Shown here in pieces: positions 1 through 9,956 of a stretch of 64,000 bases of DNA (position 1 is the first letter of the stretch; each line of letters begins with the position of its first letter). The stretch lies in the NCBI GenBank assembly GCA_905235065.1, contig CAJOJR010000001.1, positions 33,591 through 97,590 on the forward strand, given 5' to 3'. A program made the translations under genes and the position numbers. Origin of the DNA: an uncultured Bacilli bacterium (GTDB lineage: Bacteria; Bacillota_I; Bacilli_A; RF39; UBA660). The notes below the pieces were generated by a model. It saw nothing but the letters and a program-made list of their open reading frames with translations, had not been told where the DNA came from and did not search any database.

Positions 1-263
1 AAATTGTAAATATCTTTTTCATCATGAAAAAATTTATATTTAGCTATATCTTTATATCTAATATTAGGATCCACTCTTTGACATAATAAAACTGTTAATT
101 CATTATTATTATCATATTTATTTCTTTCAAATTCTAATCCAGTTAACATTTCCTTATATGAATTATCATCTTCTTCAAACACATATATTTCATGTCCTCC
201 TAAAGATTCATCTATTAATTTATCTCCCTTCATGAAATATGCCAAAAACATTTTACCACTCAT
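1..263 (-). CDS. Hypothetical protein. It is truncated by the window edge, with the start codon at 261-263 and the gene continuing beyond position 1.
   Basis: The minus-strand reading frame begins MSGKMFLAYFMKGDKLIDESLGGHEIYVFEEDD... and has an AAGAGG-like RBS 8 nt upstream. It is not in the ORF track because it runs off the window. Confidence 0.4.
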   Translation of the reverse strand, partial: MSGKMFLAYFMKGDKLIDESLGGHEIYVFEEDDNSYKEMLTGLEFERNKYDNNNELTVLLCQRVDPNIRYKDIAKYKFFHDEKDIYN

Positions 264-327
264 TTTTATTTTACCTCTTATAGTATTTTAACATTTTATT
301 TTAATTTAGTATATATTATTTTTCAAA

Positions 328-340
328 TATGGTATAATAT
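328..340 (+). promoter_or_regulatory. Extended -10 promoter element (TGgTATAAT) upstream of the SDR gene.
   Basis: The sequence tatGGTATAATat lies about 25 nt upstream of the RBS AAAGGAG and the ATG at 364. Confidence 0.4.
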
Positions 341-363
341 GCGCGTAGAAAAAAGGAGTTGTT

Positions 364-1104
364 ATGAATAAAAAGTGCGTTTTAGTAACCGGTTCTTCTA
401 TCGGACTGGGTAGTGAAATAATTAAAAAATTTGCGTCAAATAATTATAATGTAATTATTACATTTTTAAATCATAAAAATGATGCTTTAAAATTAGAAAG
501 TGAAATAAAAGAAAAATATGGTGTAGAAACTTTATGTGAAAAGTTAGATATATCAAATGAGCAAGATATTATTAATTTAAAAAGCAAAGTAATTAATAAA
601 TTTAAAACAATTGATGTTTTAATTAATAATGCATCTATTTCCAATGACACTATATTTGAAGATAAGACAAAAGAAAACTTTATGAAAATATTAGAAGTTA
701 ATTCAGTTGGCACTTTTCTTATGAGTAAATATTTTGGAGATTTAATGAATGAATATAAAACAGGTAATATCATAAATATATCTTCAACAAATGGAATAGA
801 TACTTATTATGAATACTCACTTGATTATGATGCATCTAAAGCTGGCGTTATCAACTTATCTCATAATCTTGCGAATCACTATGCTCCATATATAAGAGTT
901 AATACAATATGTCCTGGATGGATAAATACTCCAATGAATAAAAATATGGATGACGAATTTAAAAAGAAAGAAGAAGAAAAAATATTATTAAAAAGATTTG
1001 CTGAACCAGAAGAAATTGCAGAATTAGTTTATTTTGTTGCAAGTGATAAAGCAAGTTATATAAATGATTCTGTTATAAGAATAGATGGTGGTAAAGTATG
1101 TTAA
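364..1104 (+). CDS. Short-chain dehydrogenase/reductase (SDR family, FabG-like oxidoreductase).
   Basis: It has an N-terminal TGSSIGLG Rossmann motif and the catalytic YDASK (YxxxK) motif. The length of 246 aa is typical of classical SDRs. Confidence 0.8.
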   Translation: MNKKCVLVTGSSIGLGSEIIKKFASNNYNVIITFLNHKNDALKLESEIKEKYGVETLCEKLDISNEQDIINLKSKVINKFKTIDVLINNASISNDTIFEDKTKENFMKILEVNSVGTFLMSKYFGDLMNEYKTGNIINISSTNGIDTYYEYSLDYDASKAGVINLSHNLANHYAPYIRVNTICPGWINTPMNKNMDDEFKKKEEEKILLKRFAEPEEIAELVYFVASDKASYINDSVIRIDGGKVC

Positions 1105-2333
1105 ATTTAAATAAAAAATATATTGATTTAGTTAATAAAGAAGAAAAAAAATTAAATAATACTTTTAGTAAAATTGATGAATTATCATTTAAAAACAGTA
1201 AAAAAGTGTTAGATGCATTTCATAAATATAATGTTACAGAAAGTGATTTGGGTGGTACTACCGGATATGGATATAATGATTTTGGTAGAGATAAAATTGA
1301 AAGTATATTTGCAGATGTATTAGGTGCTGAGGGTGCACTTGTTAGAACACAAATAATATCTGGAACACACGCAATAACAGTTGCCTTACAAGGGATACTT
1401 AGACCCGGAGATACCCTACTTTCAATAACTGGTATTCCATATGATACACTACATGAAGTTATAGGAATTAAAGAAAATAATAGTTCACTTATAAGCTATG
1501 GAATAAATTATAAATATATTAGTTTATTAGATAATGATTTTGATTATGTTTTATTAAAAAAAGAACTAAAAAATAATATAAAAGTTATACATATACAAAG
1601 ATCTAGAGGATATTCATTAAGAGAATCATTAAGCATTGAAAAGATAGAAAAAGTTATTAAGTTTATCAAAAATATTAATAAAAATATAATAATATTTATA
1701 GATAATTGTTATTGTGAATTTGTAGAAGAAAAAACACCAATAGAAGTTGGGGCTGATTTAATAGCTGGTTCCCTAATAAAAAACTTAGGCGGTGGGATTG
1801 CTCATAATGGTGGATATATTGCTGGTAGAAAAGAATTAATAGAGTTATGTGCTGAAAGATTAAATGTTCCAGGACAAGGTAAAGAAGTTGGACCAAGCGG
1901 TGATGCTAACAAATTATTTTTACAAGGTTTATACTTTGCTCCTTCAGTTGTAGCTTCTGCGATTAAAACAAGCATACTTACAAGTAAAGTATTAGAAGCA
2001 TTAGGGTATGAAGTATCACCAAAATATAACGAAAAAAGATCTGATATTGTAGAACTTATTTATTTTAACAATGAAAAAGAAATGATAAAATATGCAGAAG
2101 GCGTGCAATCATCTGGTGCAATAAACGCCAATATCACTCCTATTCCAAGTGATATGCCAGGTTATGATGATAAAATAATTATGGCTAGCGCATCATTTGT
2201 ACAAGGAAGTTCAATAGAAATATCTGCTGATGGTCCACTTAAAGAGCCTTATGTGATATTTCAACAAGGATCTTTAACATATGACTATGGTAAACTAGCA
2301 CTTATAAATGCTATATCAAAATTAAATGAGTAA
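1098..2333 (+). CDS. PLP-dependent enzyme of the YnbB family (aluminium-resistance protein or Cys/Met-metabolism PLP-enzyme-like).
   Basis: Its 411 aa show the characteristic N-terminal region (TESDLGGTTGYGYNDFGRDKIESIFADVLGAE...RTQIISGTHAI) of the YnbB family. It is translationally coupled to the SDR gene. Confidence 0.6.
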   Translation: MLNLNKKYIDLVNKEEKKLNNTFSKIDELSFKNSKKVLDAFHKYNVTESDLGGTTGYGYNDFGRDKIESIFADVLGAEGALVRTQIISGTHAITVALQGILRPGDTLLSITGIPYDTLHEVIGIKENNSSLISYGINYKYISLLDNDFDYVLLKKELKNNIKVIHIQRSRGYSLRESLSIEKIEKVIKFIKNINKNIIIFIDNCYCEFVEEKTPIEVGADLIAGSLIKNLGGGIAHNGGYIAGRKELIELCAERLNVPGQGKEVGPSGDANKLFLQGLYFAPSVVASAIKTSILTSKVLEALGYEVSPKYNEKRSDIVELIYFNNEKEMIKYAEGVQSSGAINANITPIPSDMPGYDDKIIMASASFVQGSSIEISADGPLKEPYVIFQQGSLTYDYGKLALINAISKLNE

Positions 2334-2339
2334 AATTAT

Positions 2340-4316
2340 TTACTCATTTTTTATGTCAAATTTACTAAAATATAAATCAGTAACTTCTCTTGTTATTTTT
2401 CTATTAACTTTGGACATAAAAGAAGTACTTCTATCACTTACATTCGGAGAAAATACCACTATACTTACTCTTGGATTATCATAAGGCATATATGCTCCAA
2501 AAGAAGCACTTGTAGTCTCTTTATCTATTTTCCCATCGTTATTAGTATCTATAAAACTTTGAGCAGTTCCGGTTTTACCAGCAGCATTATATTTTTTGTT
2601 AATATAACTAGCTCCTGTTCCTCCACTTTCCATAACCATCCTTAATCCTTCTTTAACTCTACTAATATATTTACTATCAACATCAACACTATTTAATAAT
2701 TCGATATCTTTATCTTTTAAAAAATGAAGTGCATATCTTTTACCCGAAGTTGCAAGTGTATTTATGTATTGCATTAATTCCATTGGAGTATATGTTTCAT
2801 ATTGACCAATTGGATAATCAATAAGAGAGCCAGAGTTTGTATCTTTTCCCACCACTCCAATATTTTCATTTGGTATATCTAAACCAGTTTTAACCCCTAA
2901 ACCAAATTGATTATATATATCTCTATACTTTTTAAATCCATTTGGATTTAATGCCAAAGGTCCATTATATTTATATTTTCCTTCTCCTATCTTAATTGCA
3001 ATTAAATATTGATAATAATTTGATGAATACTTTAACGCTTTTAAATCATCTATTCTACCAAGTCTTTTCCAAGAACACTTTTCAGGAGTGTTTTTTATTT
3101 TAATACATGAATCATTTACAGTTGTTCCAATTTTAATAGCACCATATTTATATCCAACTAAGTGTGATGCTCCTTTTACAATAGAGCCAGGTGTTAATGC
3201 ATAATTGGTTAAATCAGTTTGGTAATCGACTTTATTCATATTATTAGCACCCACCACACCTATTCCGGCCGCAGCATATATTTCGCCAGTGTTAGGATTA
3301 GAAATAATAACATAACTTTTATTATAGTACTTAGTATTTTTTTCTTTTTTAGCATTTAATACTTGCTTATAAATAATACTTTCCACATCTTTTTGTAAAT
3401 CAATATCAATTGATAAATATATATCTTCACCATCTTTTAATTCTTTTATTATTTCTTTTTTACCAGTTGCGGTTAATGCATATTCTTCATTTTGACCTTT
3501 TAAAACACTTTCATATTGTTTTTCTAAATAACTAGTTCCAACTACATCATCCATTCGATAGTCTAAAGACAAATATTTATTTAATTCTTCAGATGATATA
3601 TTACCCACATTACCCAAATATTTTCTAAATACATCTCCAAAAGGATATATTCTTTTATACCTAACCCCAATTGAAAAACCATATTTCATATAATCTTTTA
3701 TGTTATCAAGTTCTTCACTTGTAATTCCTTCTTTAATTAATTTAATGTCGTTTCTATATCCCTTATTCATTAATGAATATAAATAAGAAGCTTTCTTTTC
3801 TTTTTCATCTAAAGATTTTAAATCTTCTTTACTAATCAACTTCTTTAAATAGTATTCATATTCTTTAGAAGATAAGGTCCTATCATTAAATTTGTTAATT
3901 ACATTTTGATTAGCTCTTTTAATTAATTTATCATAATTAGTAATATAAAAATAATTTTTAAGTTCTTCATTAGTTACCCTATTATAATCTAATTTTAAAT
4001 AATCTACTAAATTACTGGCTATTTCTATCTCTTTATCATTTGTTATATTTGAATCTTTTGCATAGTTTAAAACATATATCTCTTCATTATCTACTAAAAC
4101 CTTACCATTTCTATCAAGTATTCTTCCCCTTTTGGCATATTTACCCACATAAGTTCTATTTTGTTTAACACTTAATTTTGTTTCATAATACTCATTATTA
4201 TTAATTACTAAATCATATAATTTATAACATATAAAAGAAAATGAAATAAAAGTGAGTATTCCAATTAGTGTTATTTTAATTCTTATTTTATCATTAGGTA
4301 ATATTATTTTACTCAT
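2340..4316 (-). CDS. Class B penicillin-binding protein (transpeptidase).
   Basis: It has an N-terminal TM segment and the SxxK (GSIVK), SxN (SSN) and KTGTA motifs. Length is 658 aa. Confidence 0.85.
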   Translation of the reverse strand: MSKIILPNDKIRIKITLIGILTFISFSFICYKLYDLVINNNEYYETKLSVKQNRTYVGKYAKRGRILDRNGKVLVDNEEIYVLNYAKDSNITNDKEIEIASNLVDYLKLDYNRVTNEELKNYFYITNYDKLIKRANQNVINKFNDRTLSSKEYEYYLKKLISKEDLKSLDEKEKKASYLYSLMNKGYRNDIKLIKEGITSEELDNIKDYMKYGFSIGVRYKRIYPFGDVFRKYLGNVGNISSEELNKYLSLDYRMDDVVGTSYLEKQYESVLKGQNEEYALTATGKKEIIKELKDGEDIYLSIDIDLQKDVESIIYKQVLNAKKEKNTKYYNKSYVIISNPNTGEIYAAAGIGVVGANNMNKVDYQTDLTNYALTPGSIVKGASHLVGYKYGAIKIGTTVNDSCIKIKNTPEKCSWKRLGRIDDLKALKYSSNYYQYLIAIKIGEGKYKYNGPLALNPNGFKKYRDIYNQFGLGVKTGLDIPNENIGVVGKDTNSGSLIDYPIGQYETYTPMELMQYINTLATSGKRYALHFLKDKDIELLNSVDVDSKYISRVKEGLRMVMESGGTGASYINKKYNAAGKTGTAQSFIDTNNDGKIDKETTSASFGAYMPYDNPRVSIVVFSPNVSDRSTSFMSKVNRKITREVTDLYFSKFDIKNE

Positions 4317-4367
4317 ATTATTAGTATAGACAAAATATTAAAACATAAACTTAAATTAGGAGGAATT

Positions 4368-4622
4368 ATGAATAAAAATTTAATAAAAAAGTATGCTTCA
4401 AATATCACTAAAGAAGACATACTAAAATTTGGTGAATCAGAGGGAGTAAATATTAATAACAATGAGTTAGATACAATTTATAATATTATTAAAAATAGAC
4501 AAGATGAAATATTAGATGGAAACTTTTATGAAATTATTAAAAATTATAAAACTAAATTTAATCCAATATTATTTAATAAAATAATTGAAAAATACGAAAA
4601 ATATAAAAAGTTTATAGATTAA
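4368..4622 (+). CDS. Small DUF2624-like protein, similar to B. subtilis YqfT, which neighbours nfo.
   Basis: It is an 84 aa protein with a good RBS (AGGAGG). It sits adjacent to and convergent with endonuclease IV, as yqfT-yqfS do in B. subtilis. Confidence 0.45.
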   Translation: MNKNLIKKYASNITKEDILKFGESEGVNINNNELDTIYNIIKNRQDEILDGNFYEIIKNYKTKFNPILFNKIIEKYEKYKKFID

Positions 4623-5493
4623 CTTTATAATCTATAAACTTTTTGTTTCTAATACTATCAATTTCATATTTATAAGGAGCTACACCATTTACATAAGGAG
4701 TCTCTAATATAAAAGGTATACCCTTTAATCTTTCGTTATATACAGCATTGATTATATTATCAAAGCCAATAGTTCCATATCCTATATTAGCGTGTCTATC
4801 TTTATGAGATCCAATTGGATTCAACGAATCATTTACATGGACACATTTAATTTTGTCTATTCCAATATTCTTATCAAATAAATCCAAAAAGTCATTAAAA
4901 TCACTTATATCATATCCCGCATCATTTATATGACAGGTATCTAAACACACTCCTACATTATCAACATTTATGTTATCCATAATATATTTAATATCTTCAA
5001 TAGTGCATCCAACTTCTGTTCCTTTACCACTCATAAATTCAATTAATAAGTCAAAATCATTAACGTCTTTCATAATAGTATTTAATCCAAAAACAATATT
5101 ATTAAGAGCAACTTGCTTTTCTAAATCAGTTCTACTTCCAGGATGAAAAACCATTTTATGAATACCTAATTCTTTACATCTATTAATTTCATTTTTCATA
5201 AATGATATATAAAAATTATACTTCCTTTCATCTTTATTATTAGCAAGATTAACAATAAAAGGAGCATGAACAATTACATTATTAATATCAATTCCATACT
5301 CTTTCATTGCTTCCCATCCCTTTATAGTAAGTTCATGATTTATTTCTCTTCTTTCAGCACTTTGATTACTTCCGGTATATATCATAAAAGTATTAGAACC
5401 ATAACTAACACTTTCCATTACACTTCCATAAAGTTCACTATCCTTAAGAAAAGAAACATGAGATCCAATAATAATATCATTCATATTTACCAC
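4612..5493 (-). CDS. nfo: Endonuclease IV (apurinic/apyrimidinic endonuclease, Nfo family).
   Basis: Its 293 aa carry conserved Nfo blocks (GSHVS..., HAPFIVNLAN, metal-binding His/Asp/Glu pattern). Confidence 0.85.
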   Translation of the reverse strand: MVNMNDIIIGSHVSFLKDSELYGSVMESVSYGSNTFMIYTGSNQSAERREINHELTIKGWEAMKEYGIDINNVIVHAPFIVNLANNKDERKYNFYISFMKNEINRCKELGIHKMVFHPGSRTDLEKQVALNNIVFGLNTIMKDVNDFDLLIEFMSGKGTEVGCTIEDIKYIMDNINVDNVGVCLDTCHINDAGYDISDFNDFLDLFDKNIGIDKIKCVHVNDSLNPIGSHKDRHANIGYGTIGFDNIINAVYNERLKGIPFILETPYVNGVAPYKYEIDSIRNKKFIDYKVNL

Positions 5494-5520
5494 CTATAAA
5501 CATTATAATTTAAGACCACA

Positions 5521-5550
5521 AAAAAAGCAATTTAGAAAAATTGCTTTTTA
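5521..5550 (-). terminator. Rho-independent terminator downstream of the pilin-like gene.
   Basis: The minus-strand sense shows the hairpin AAGCAATTT-ttctaa-ATTGCTT followed by a T-run. Confidence 0.6.
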
Positions 5551-5556
5551 ATTCAT

Positions 5557-5988
5557 TTAGTCAAATGAGCAAGCACTTACTGCAGTTCTACTATTATCAA
5601 CAGCGGTAATATCAGAAATTGATGAGATTGTATTCTTTGTTATACTGAAGTTTGCATTAGAAATTTTAAATTTAGAAATCTTGCCAGTAGTAGTATCAAA
5701 AATTATTGAATATGTTAAATCATTTGTTCCTTCTAATGTTAAAGTTGCCTCACTTGAACCAGAAACATTACAAAAAGCAGTAATTGCTTCTCCCGGAGTA
5801 ATTTGTTTTGTTAAATATTCTTCTTCCGCAGCTTTATAAACAGTTTGAGCCTGTGTTACAAAAGCATTTCTTCTTGAATCATTAAATAAATTCAATATAG
5901 CTGGTACAGCAAGTACTACTAATATAGCAAGTATTGCGATAACTGCTAATAATTCGATTAATGTAAAACCTTTCTTATTATTTTTCAT
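5557..5988 (-). CDS. Type IV pilin or pseudopilin-like protein (ComGC/PilA-type prepilin with N-terminal methylation motif).
   Basis: The N-terminus MKNNKKGFTLIELLAVIAILAILVVLAVPA has the class III signal peptide cleavage motif (G|FTLIE) followed by a hydrophobic helix. It is monocistronic, with its own terminator. Confidence 0.75.
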   Translation of the reverse strand: MKNNKKGFTLIELLAVIAILAILVVLAVPAILNLFNDSRRNAFVTQAQTVYKAAEEEYLTKQITPGEAITAFCNVSGSSEATLTLEGTNDLTYSIIFDTTTGKISKFKISNANFSITKNTISSISDITAVDNSRTAVSACSFD

Positions 5989-6034
5989 TTAAATATCCTT
6001 CCTTTCTTATTTTTTATTTCATATCTAAATTATA

Positions 6035-6066
6035 AAACAGTTGACAAATATAGTCAACTGTTTTTA
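6035..6066 (-). terminator. Rho-independent terminator downstream of pnp, with hairpin plus U-run on both strands.
   Basis: The palindrome AAACAGTTGAC-aaatata-GTCAACTGTTT is flanked by T/A runs. Confidence 0.6.
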
Positions 6067-6078
6067 TTTTTATTTACA

Positions 6079-8226
6079 TTATTTATCTTCTTTTTTTGGA
6101 AGTGCTTCTTTTCTAGATAAATTAAGTTTACCTCTTTTATCATATCCTGTTGCTTTTACTACTATTTCATCTCCAACTTTAACCATATCACTTGGTTTTT
6201 CTACTCTCTTATGATCAAGTTGAGATACATGTACCATTCCTTCACATCCAGGCCATAGTTCTACAAAGCATCCAAAGTCTTCTACTTTTACTACTTTACC
6301 AGTGTAAATTTCACCAATTTCAACTTCTTTTACTATTTCTTCAATCATTGAAAATGCTTTATCAAGAATTGCTTGATCTGTATGATATGCAACTACTCTT
6401 CCATCATCTTCAATATCGATTTTAACTGCATTTTTATCATTTACAGTATTAACTCCAGATGATTCAAGAATGATTTTAGTAATCATTTCTCCGCCACGAC
6501 CAATAACATCTTTAATTTTATCTGGTTTAATAAACATAATTTTAGTTTTTGGTGCATATGGACTTAATTCTTTTCTTGGCTCACTTAATATTGATTCGAT
6601 TAAATCTAGAATTTGATATCTAGCTTTTTTAGCTTTTGCAAGTGCTTCCTTTAAAACTTCTTTAGTTACACCTTCAATTTTAATATCCATTTGTAAAGCA
6701 GTTATACCTTCTCTTGTTCCAGCAACTTTAAAGTCCATATCTCCCATATGATCCTCAAGTCCTTGAATATCTGTTAGAATTGTATAATCTCCATCACAAG
6801 TTCCGTTTTCTGTTATTAATCCCATTGCGATACCAGCAACTGGTGCTTTAATTGGAACACCTGCAGCCATTAATGATAAACATCCTGCACAAATACTTGC
6901 TTGTGAAGATGAACCATTACTTTCTAATACTTCTGATACAACACGAACTGTATAAGGAAATTCATTTTCATCAGGCATTACTTGTAATAATGCTCTTTCA
7001 GCTAAAGCACCATGCCCAATTTCTCTTCTACCTGGTGCTCCATATCTACCAGTTTCACCCACTGAGAATGCTGGGAAATTATAATGGAACATAAATCTTT
7101 TAGAATCTTCTATTCCAAGACCGTCTAATATTTGATGTTCACCTAAAGCTCCTAAAGTAGTAATTGCTAATGCTTGAGTTTGACCTCTTGTAAAAAGACC
7201 ACTACCATGAGTTCTAGGAAGAATATCAATATCAGCACTTAATGGTCTAATTTCATCCATTTCTCTTCCATCTGGTCTAATATGCTCTTTCGTTATTAAT
7301 CTTCTTACTTCAGATGCTTCTATTTCATCAGCAACTTTTTTAACATCTTTTAAGTCTGCTTCTAATGTTTCAGAATCACTGTGATTTTCTTTGTAATCTT
7401 CAACTGCTTTTGCTTTTACTTCATCAATTCTAGCGTATTTTTCAAGCTTATCTTTAATTTGTATAGCTTTTAGCATATCCTCTTTAATATTATTAGTTAC
7501 TTCATTTCTTAATTCTTCAGATATTTCTTTAAGTTCAACCTCAATTTTTTCTTCTCCAATTTCACTAATAATATCTTCTTGTATAGCGCATAATTCTTTT
7601 ATGTGTTCATGTCCAAACATTAACGCTTCTAACATTTCTTCTTCAGATACTTCTTTTGAACCACTTTCAACCATGTTAATAGCGTCTTTTGTACCAGCAA
7701 CTGTTAAATTAATAGTACTTTTTTCCATTAATTCTGCTCCAGGATTAATTACTAACTCACCTTCTATTTTACCAACTGTTACTCCAGCAACTGGTCCATT
7801 AAATGGAATGTTAGAAATTCCTAATGCAAGAGATGTACCAAATAATGCAGTCATTTCTGGAGAACACTCATTATCAACACTTAAAACTGTATTAACTACT
7901 TGTACTTCATTTCTAAAGTTCTCATCAAACATTGGCCTAATTGGTCTATCTATTAATCTAGCAGTTAATGTTGCTGCATCCGTTGGTCTTCCTTCTCTTT
8001 TAATAAAACCACCAGGAATTTTACCTACCGAATAAAATTTTTCTTGATAAAGAATAGTAAGTGGGAAAAAGTCAGCCGTTGAAACATTACTACTCATTAC
8101 AGCAGTACTTAGTATTACTGTATCATTATATCTAACAAGAACAGCTCCACCTGCTTGTTTAGCAAGTTCACCATGTTCTACTACTATTTTTTTACCTAAA
8201 AATTCATATTCAAAAACTCTTTTCAT
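6079..8226 (-). CDS. pnp: Polyribonucleotide nucleotidyltransferase (PNPase).
   Basis: Its 715 aa carry two RNase PH-like domains plus C-terminal KH and S1 domains. It has the conserved position downstream of rpsO. Confidence 0.95.
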   Translation of the reverse strand: MKRVFEYEFLGKKIVVEHGELAKQAGGAVLVRYNDTVILSTAVMSSNVSTADFFPLTILYQEKFYSVGKIPGGFIKREGRPTDAATLTARLIDRPIRPMFDENFRNEVQVVNTVLSVDNECSPEMTALFGTSLALGISNIPFNGPVAGVTVGKIEGELVINPGAELMEKSTINLTVAGTKDAINMVESGSKEVSEEEMLEALMFGHEHIKELCAIQEDIISEIGEEKIEVELKEISEELRNEVTNNIKEDMLKAIQIKDKLEKYARIDEVKAKAVEDYKENHSDSETLEADLKDVKKVADEIEASEVRRLITKEHIRPDGREMDEIRPLSADIDILPRTHGSGLFTRGQTQALAITTLGALGEHQILDGLGIEDSKRFMFHYNFPAFSVGETGRYGAPGRREIGHGALAERALLQVMPDENEFPYTVRVVSEVLESNGSSSQASICAGCLSLMAAGVPIKAPVAGIAMGLITENGTCDGDYTILTDIQGLEDHMGDMDFKVAGTREGITALQMDIKIEGVTKEVLKEALAKAKKARYQILDLIESILSEPRKELSPYAPKTKIMFIKPDKIKDVIGRGGEMITKIILESSGVNTVNDKNAVKIDIEDDGRVVAYHTDQAILDKAFSMIEEIVKEVEIGEIYTGKVVKVEDFGCFVELWPGCEGMVHVSQLDHKRVEKPSDMVKVGDEIVVKATGYDKRGKLNLSRKEALPKKEDK

Positions 8227-8272
8227 AATACACCTTCCTTTTGATAAAAAAAGACACCAAAAATCTTAGTGC

Positions 8273-8542
8273 CTACTTTCTTAAATTTAATTTTTTGATA
8301 AGTTCTTTATATCTCTTAACATCATTGTTCTTAAGATAATTTAATAAACTTTTTCTCTTACCAACTTTCTTTAATAAACCCAATTTTGAATGATAATCAT
8401 GAATATGTACTTTCATATGTTCAGTAAGTTCATTAATTTCGTTAGTTAGTATTGCTACTTGTACTTCAACAGAACCAGTATCATTTTTGTCTTTACCAAA
8501 TTCTTTTACAATACTTTCTTTCTTTGCTTTATCTAAAGCCAT
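8273..8542 (-). CDS. rpsO: 30S ribosomal protein S15.
   Basis: It is 89 aa, starts MALDKAKK and contains ...[16 protein letters not shown]. Confidence 0.95.
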   Translation of the reverse strand: MALDKAKKESIVKEFGKDKNDTGSVEVQVAILTNEINELTEHMKVHIHDYHSKLGLLKKVGKRKSLLNYLKNNDVKRYKELIKKLNLRK

Positions 8543-8583
8543 AATAAATCCTCCTTTTTCATCAAATCGGTTAATTCTGAGTA

Positions 8584-8605
8584 TAAAGTTTGGAGTAAAA
8601 CTTTA
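8584..8605 (-). promoter_or_regulatory. Stem-loop in the rpsO 5' leader (possible S15 autoregulatory element).
   Basis: There is a perfect 8-bp stem TAAAGTTT/AAACTTTA with a 6-nt loop, about 40 nt upstream of the rpsO start. Confidence 0.25.
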
Positions 8606-8658
8606 AACTAAGAAAAAACTTACTTATTAAATATACAATAATTTATGCATAAAATCAA

Positions 8659-8690
8659 GAAAAATAAGTAAATATATTAAATATTTACTT
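8659..8690 (-). terminator. Rho-independent terminator after the M16 peptidase gene.
   Basis: The hairpin AAGTAAATAT-attaa-ATATTTACTT is followed by a T-run. Confidence 0.5.
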
Positions 8691-9956
8691 TTTTACATTT
8701 ACTTTTAATATTGAATAATTATCAAAATTTATTGAATTAACAACTTTTTTCATATCAACATAATTCATTTCTTTTAATAAATCATATAAATTATTAATAA
8801 TATGATTAACTCTAATTATATGATTAGATATCATATCTTCAACATCTTCTATATTTTCAAAATTTAGTATTAAATTATTTAAAAACATTTTTTTCTTTCT
8901 TAAAAAAGTTGCTTTATTTATAAATGGTTTATTTAAATCTTTTTTTATATTTTTAATCAATTCATCTGGTCTATCAGTTATCATTTTTAAATTCATTAAA
9001 TAATAAGAACCAGCATCTGTTATATCATAACTCATTGAATACATTAATGATTTGTTTTTATAGTTTTCATATATATCAGAAGTGTTACTAAACAAGGATG
9101 AAAATATGAAGTTTAAATAAAATCTTTTAAGTATCTTATTAGATATTTTAATATCATTTTTTTTAATTTTTAATGAATATATTACTCTTGGTATAGAAAT
9201 GCTTTCTTCTATCTCCATATATTTATTTACTATTTCTTTGGATTCTCTTTGCTTAATAATTTTAATATCTTTTTTTGAAGATTTTATATCCTTCATATAA
9301 TCTTTTAAAAACTTAATAGTTTCTTCTAAATTAAAATTACCAGTTATTATAATAAAGGTATTATTTGTTGTATAAAAATCATTATAAACTTTTATTAATT
9401 CTTTTACATTTATTTTATTAATTTGAGTCAAATCACCAACTAATATATCTTTTAGATATGAATTTTTAAATACATTATTAACTATCTGTTTATTTATTCT
9501 AAAATTAGGGTTATCATTATACATTTTAAATTCTTCACTAATGATTCCTTTTTCTGATTTAACGTTTTCTTCTGTTATGTTTATATTATAAAATAAATCT
9601 AATAATAGTTTTAGAGAAGCAATCGGATCTTTTGAACCATACATATTATAATTTGTTATATCAAAAGATGTATATGCATTAGCATATAAACCCAGTTCAT
9701 TTATTTTATTAGATGCTGTTTTCCTACTAGTAAAATTCATCACTTTATGTTCTAAAAAATGTGCGGTACCAGGTATTATCTTATGAGACTTTTTACCATT
9801 TACTGAATATTCTTTAATTTTGCCGCCATATTTAACACTAACTGTCATATAAAAATTTTTGGTTTTATCAGTTGGATATAAATACACTCTTACTCCATTA
9901 GAGAGTTTTTCTTCGTATACATATTCATCTAAATTATTAAATACTATCTTTTTCAT
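8685..9956 (-). CDS. M16 family zinc peptidase (insulinase-like), catalytic subunit, YmfH-like.
   Basis: It has the inverted zinc-binding motif HFLEH and is 423 aa. It is paired with a second M16 gene upstream. Confidence 0.75.
   Translation of the reverse strand: MKKIVFNNLDEYVYEEKLSNGVRVYLYPTDKTKNFYMTVSVKYGGKIKEYSVNGKKSHKIIPGTAHFLEHKVMNFTSRKTASNKINELGLYANAYTSFDITNYNMYGSKDPIASLKLLLDLFYNINITEENVKSEKGIISEEFKMYNDNPNFRINKQIVNNVFKNSYLKDILVGDLTQINKINVKELIKVYNDFYTTNNTFIIITGNFNLEETIKFLKDYMKDIKSSKKDIKIIKQRESKEIVNKYMEIEESISIPRVIYSLKIKKNDIKISNKILKRFYLNFIFSSLFSNTSDIYENYKNKSLMYSMSYDITDAGSYYLMNLKMITDRPDELIKNIKKDLNKPFINKATFLRKKKMFLNNLILNFENIEDVEDMISNHIIRVNHIINNLYDLLKEMNYVDMKKVVNSINFDNYSILKVNVKK

Noticed and set aside
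471-773. These are ORFs fully nested antisense inside stronger genes. The coordinates given are only the first example; the others are 1696-1896, 5266-5499, 6192-6425, 6852-7094, 7601-8035, 11818-12054, 13520-13945, 17110-17463, 18538-18756, 20868-21305, 24848-25215, 28925-29134, 32853-33281, 33874-34095, 34676-34906, 38378-38722, 41836-42039, 42450-42713, 47203-47454, 48281-48502, 53148-53390, 55817-56065, 60191-60439, 60702-61162, 61963-62184, 62964-63188 and 63280-63558.
   Set aside because: Their translations are low-complexity, Leu/Ile/Phe-rich products typical of AT-rich antisense frames. Each lies opposite a well-supported conserved gene, and none has an RBS or a recognisable motif.
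8227-8272. A possible attenuator hairpin between rpsO and pnp.
   Set aside because: No convincing complementary stem could be found by eye in the 46-nt spacer.
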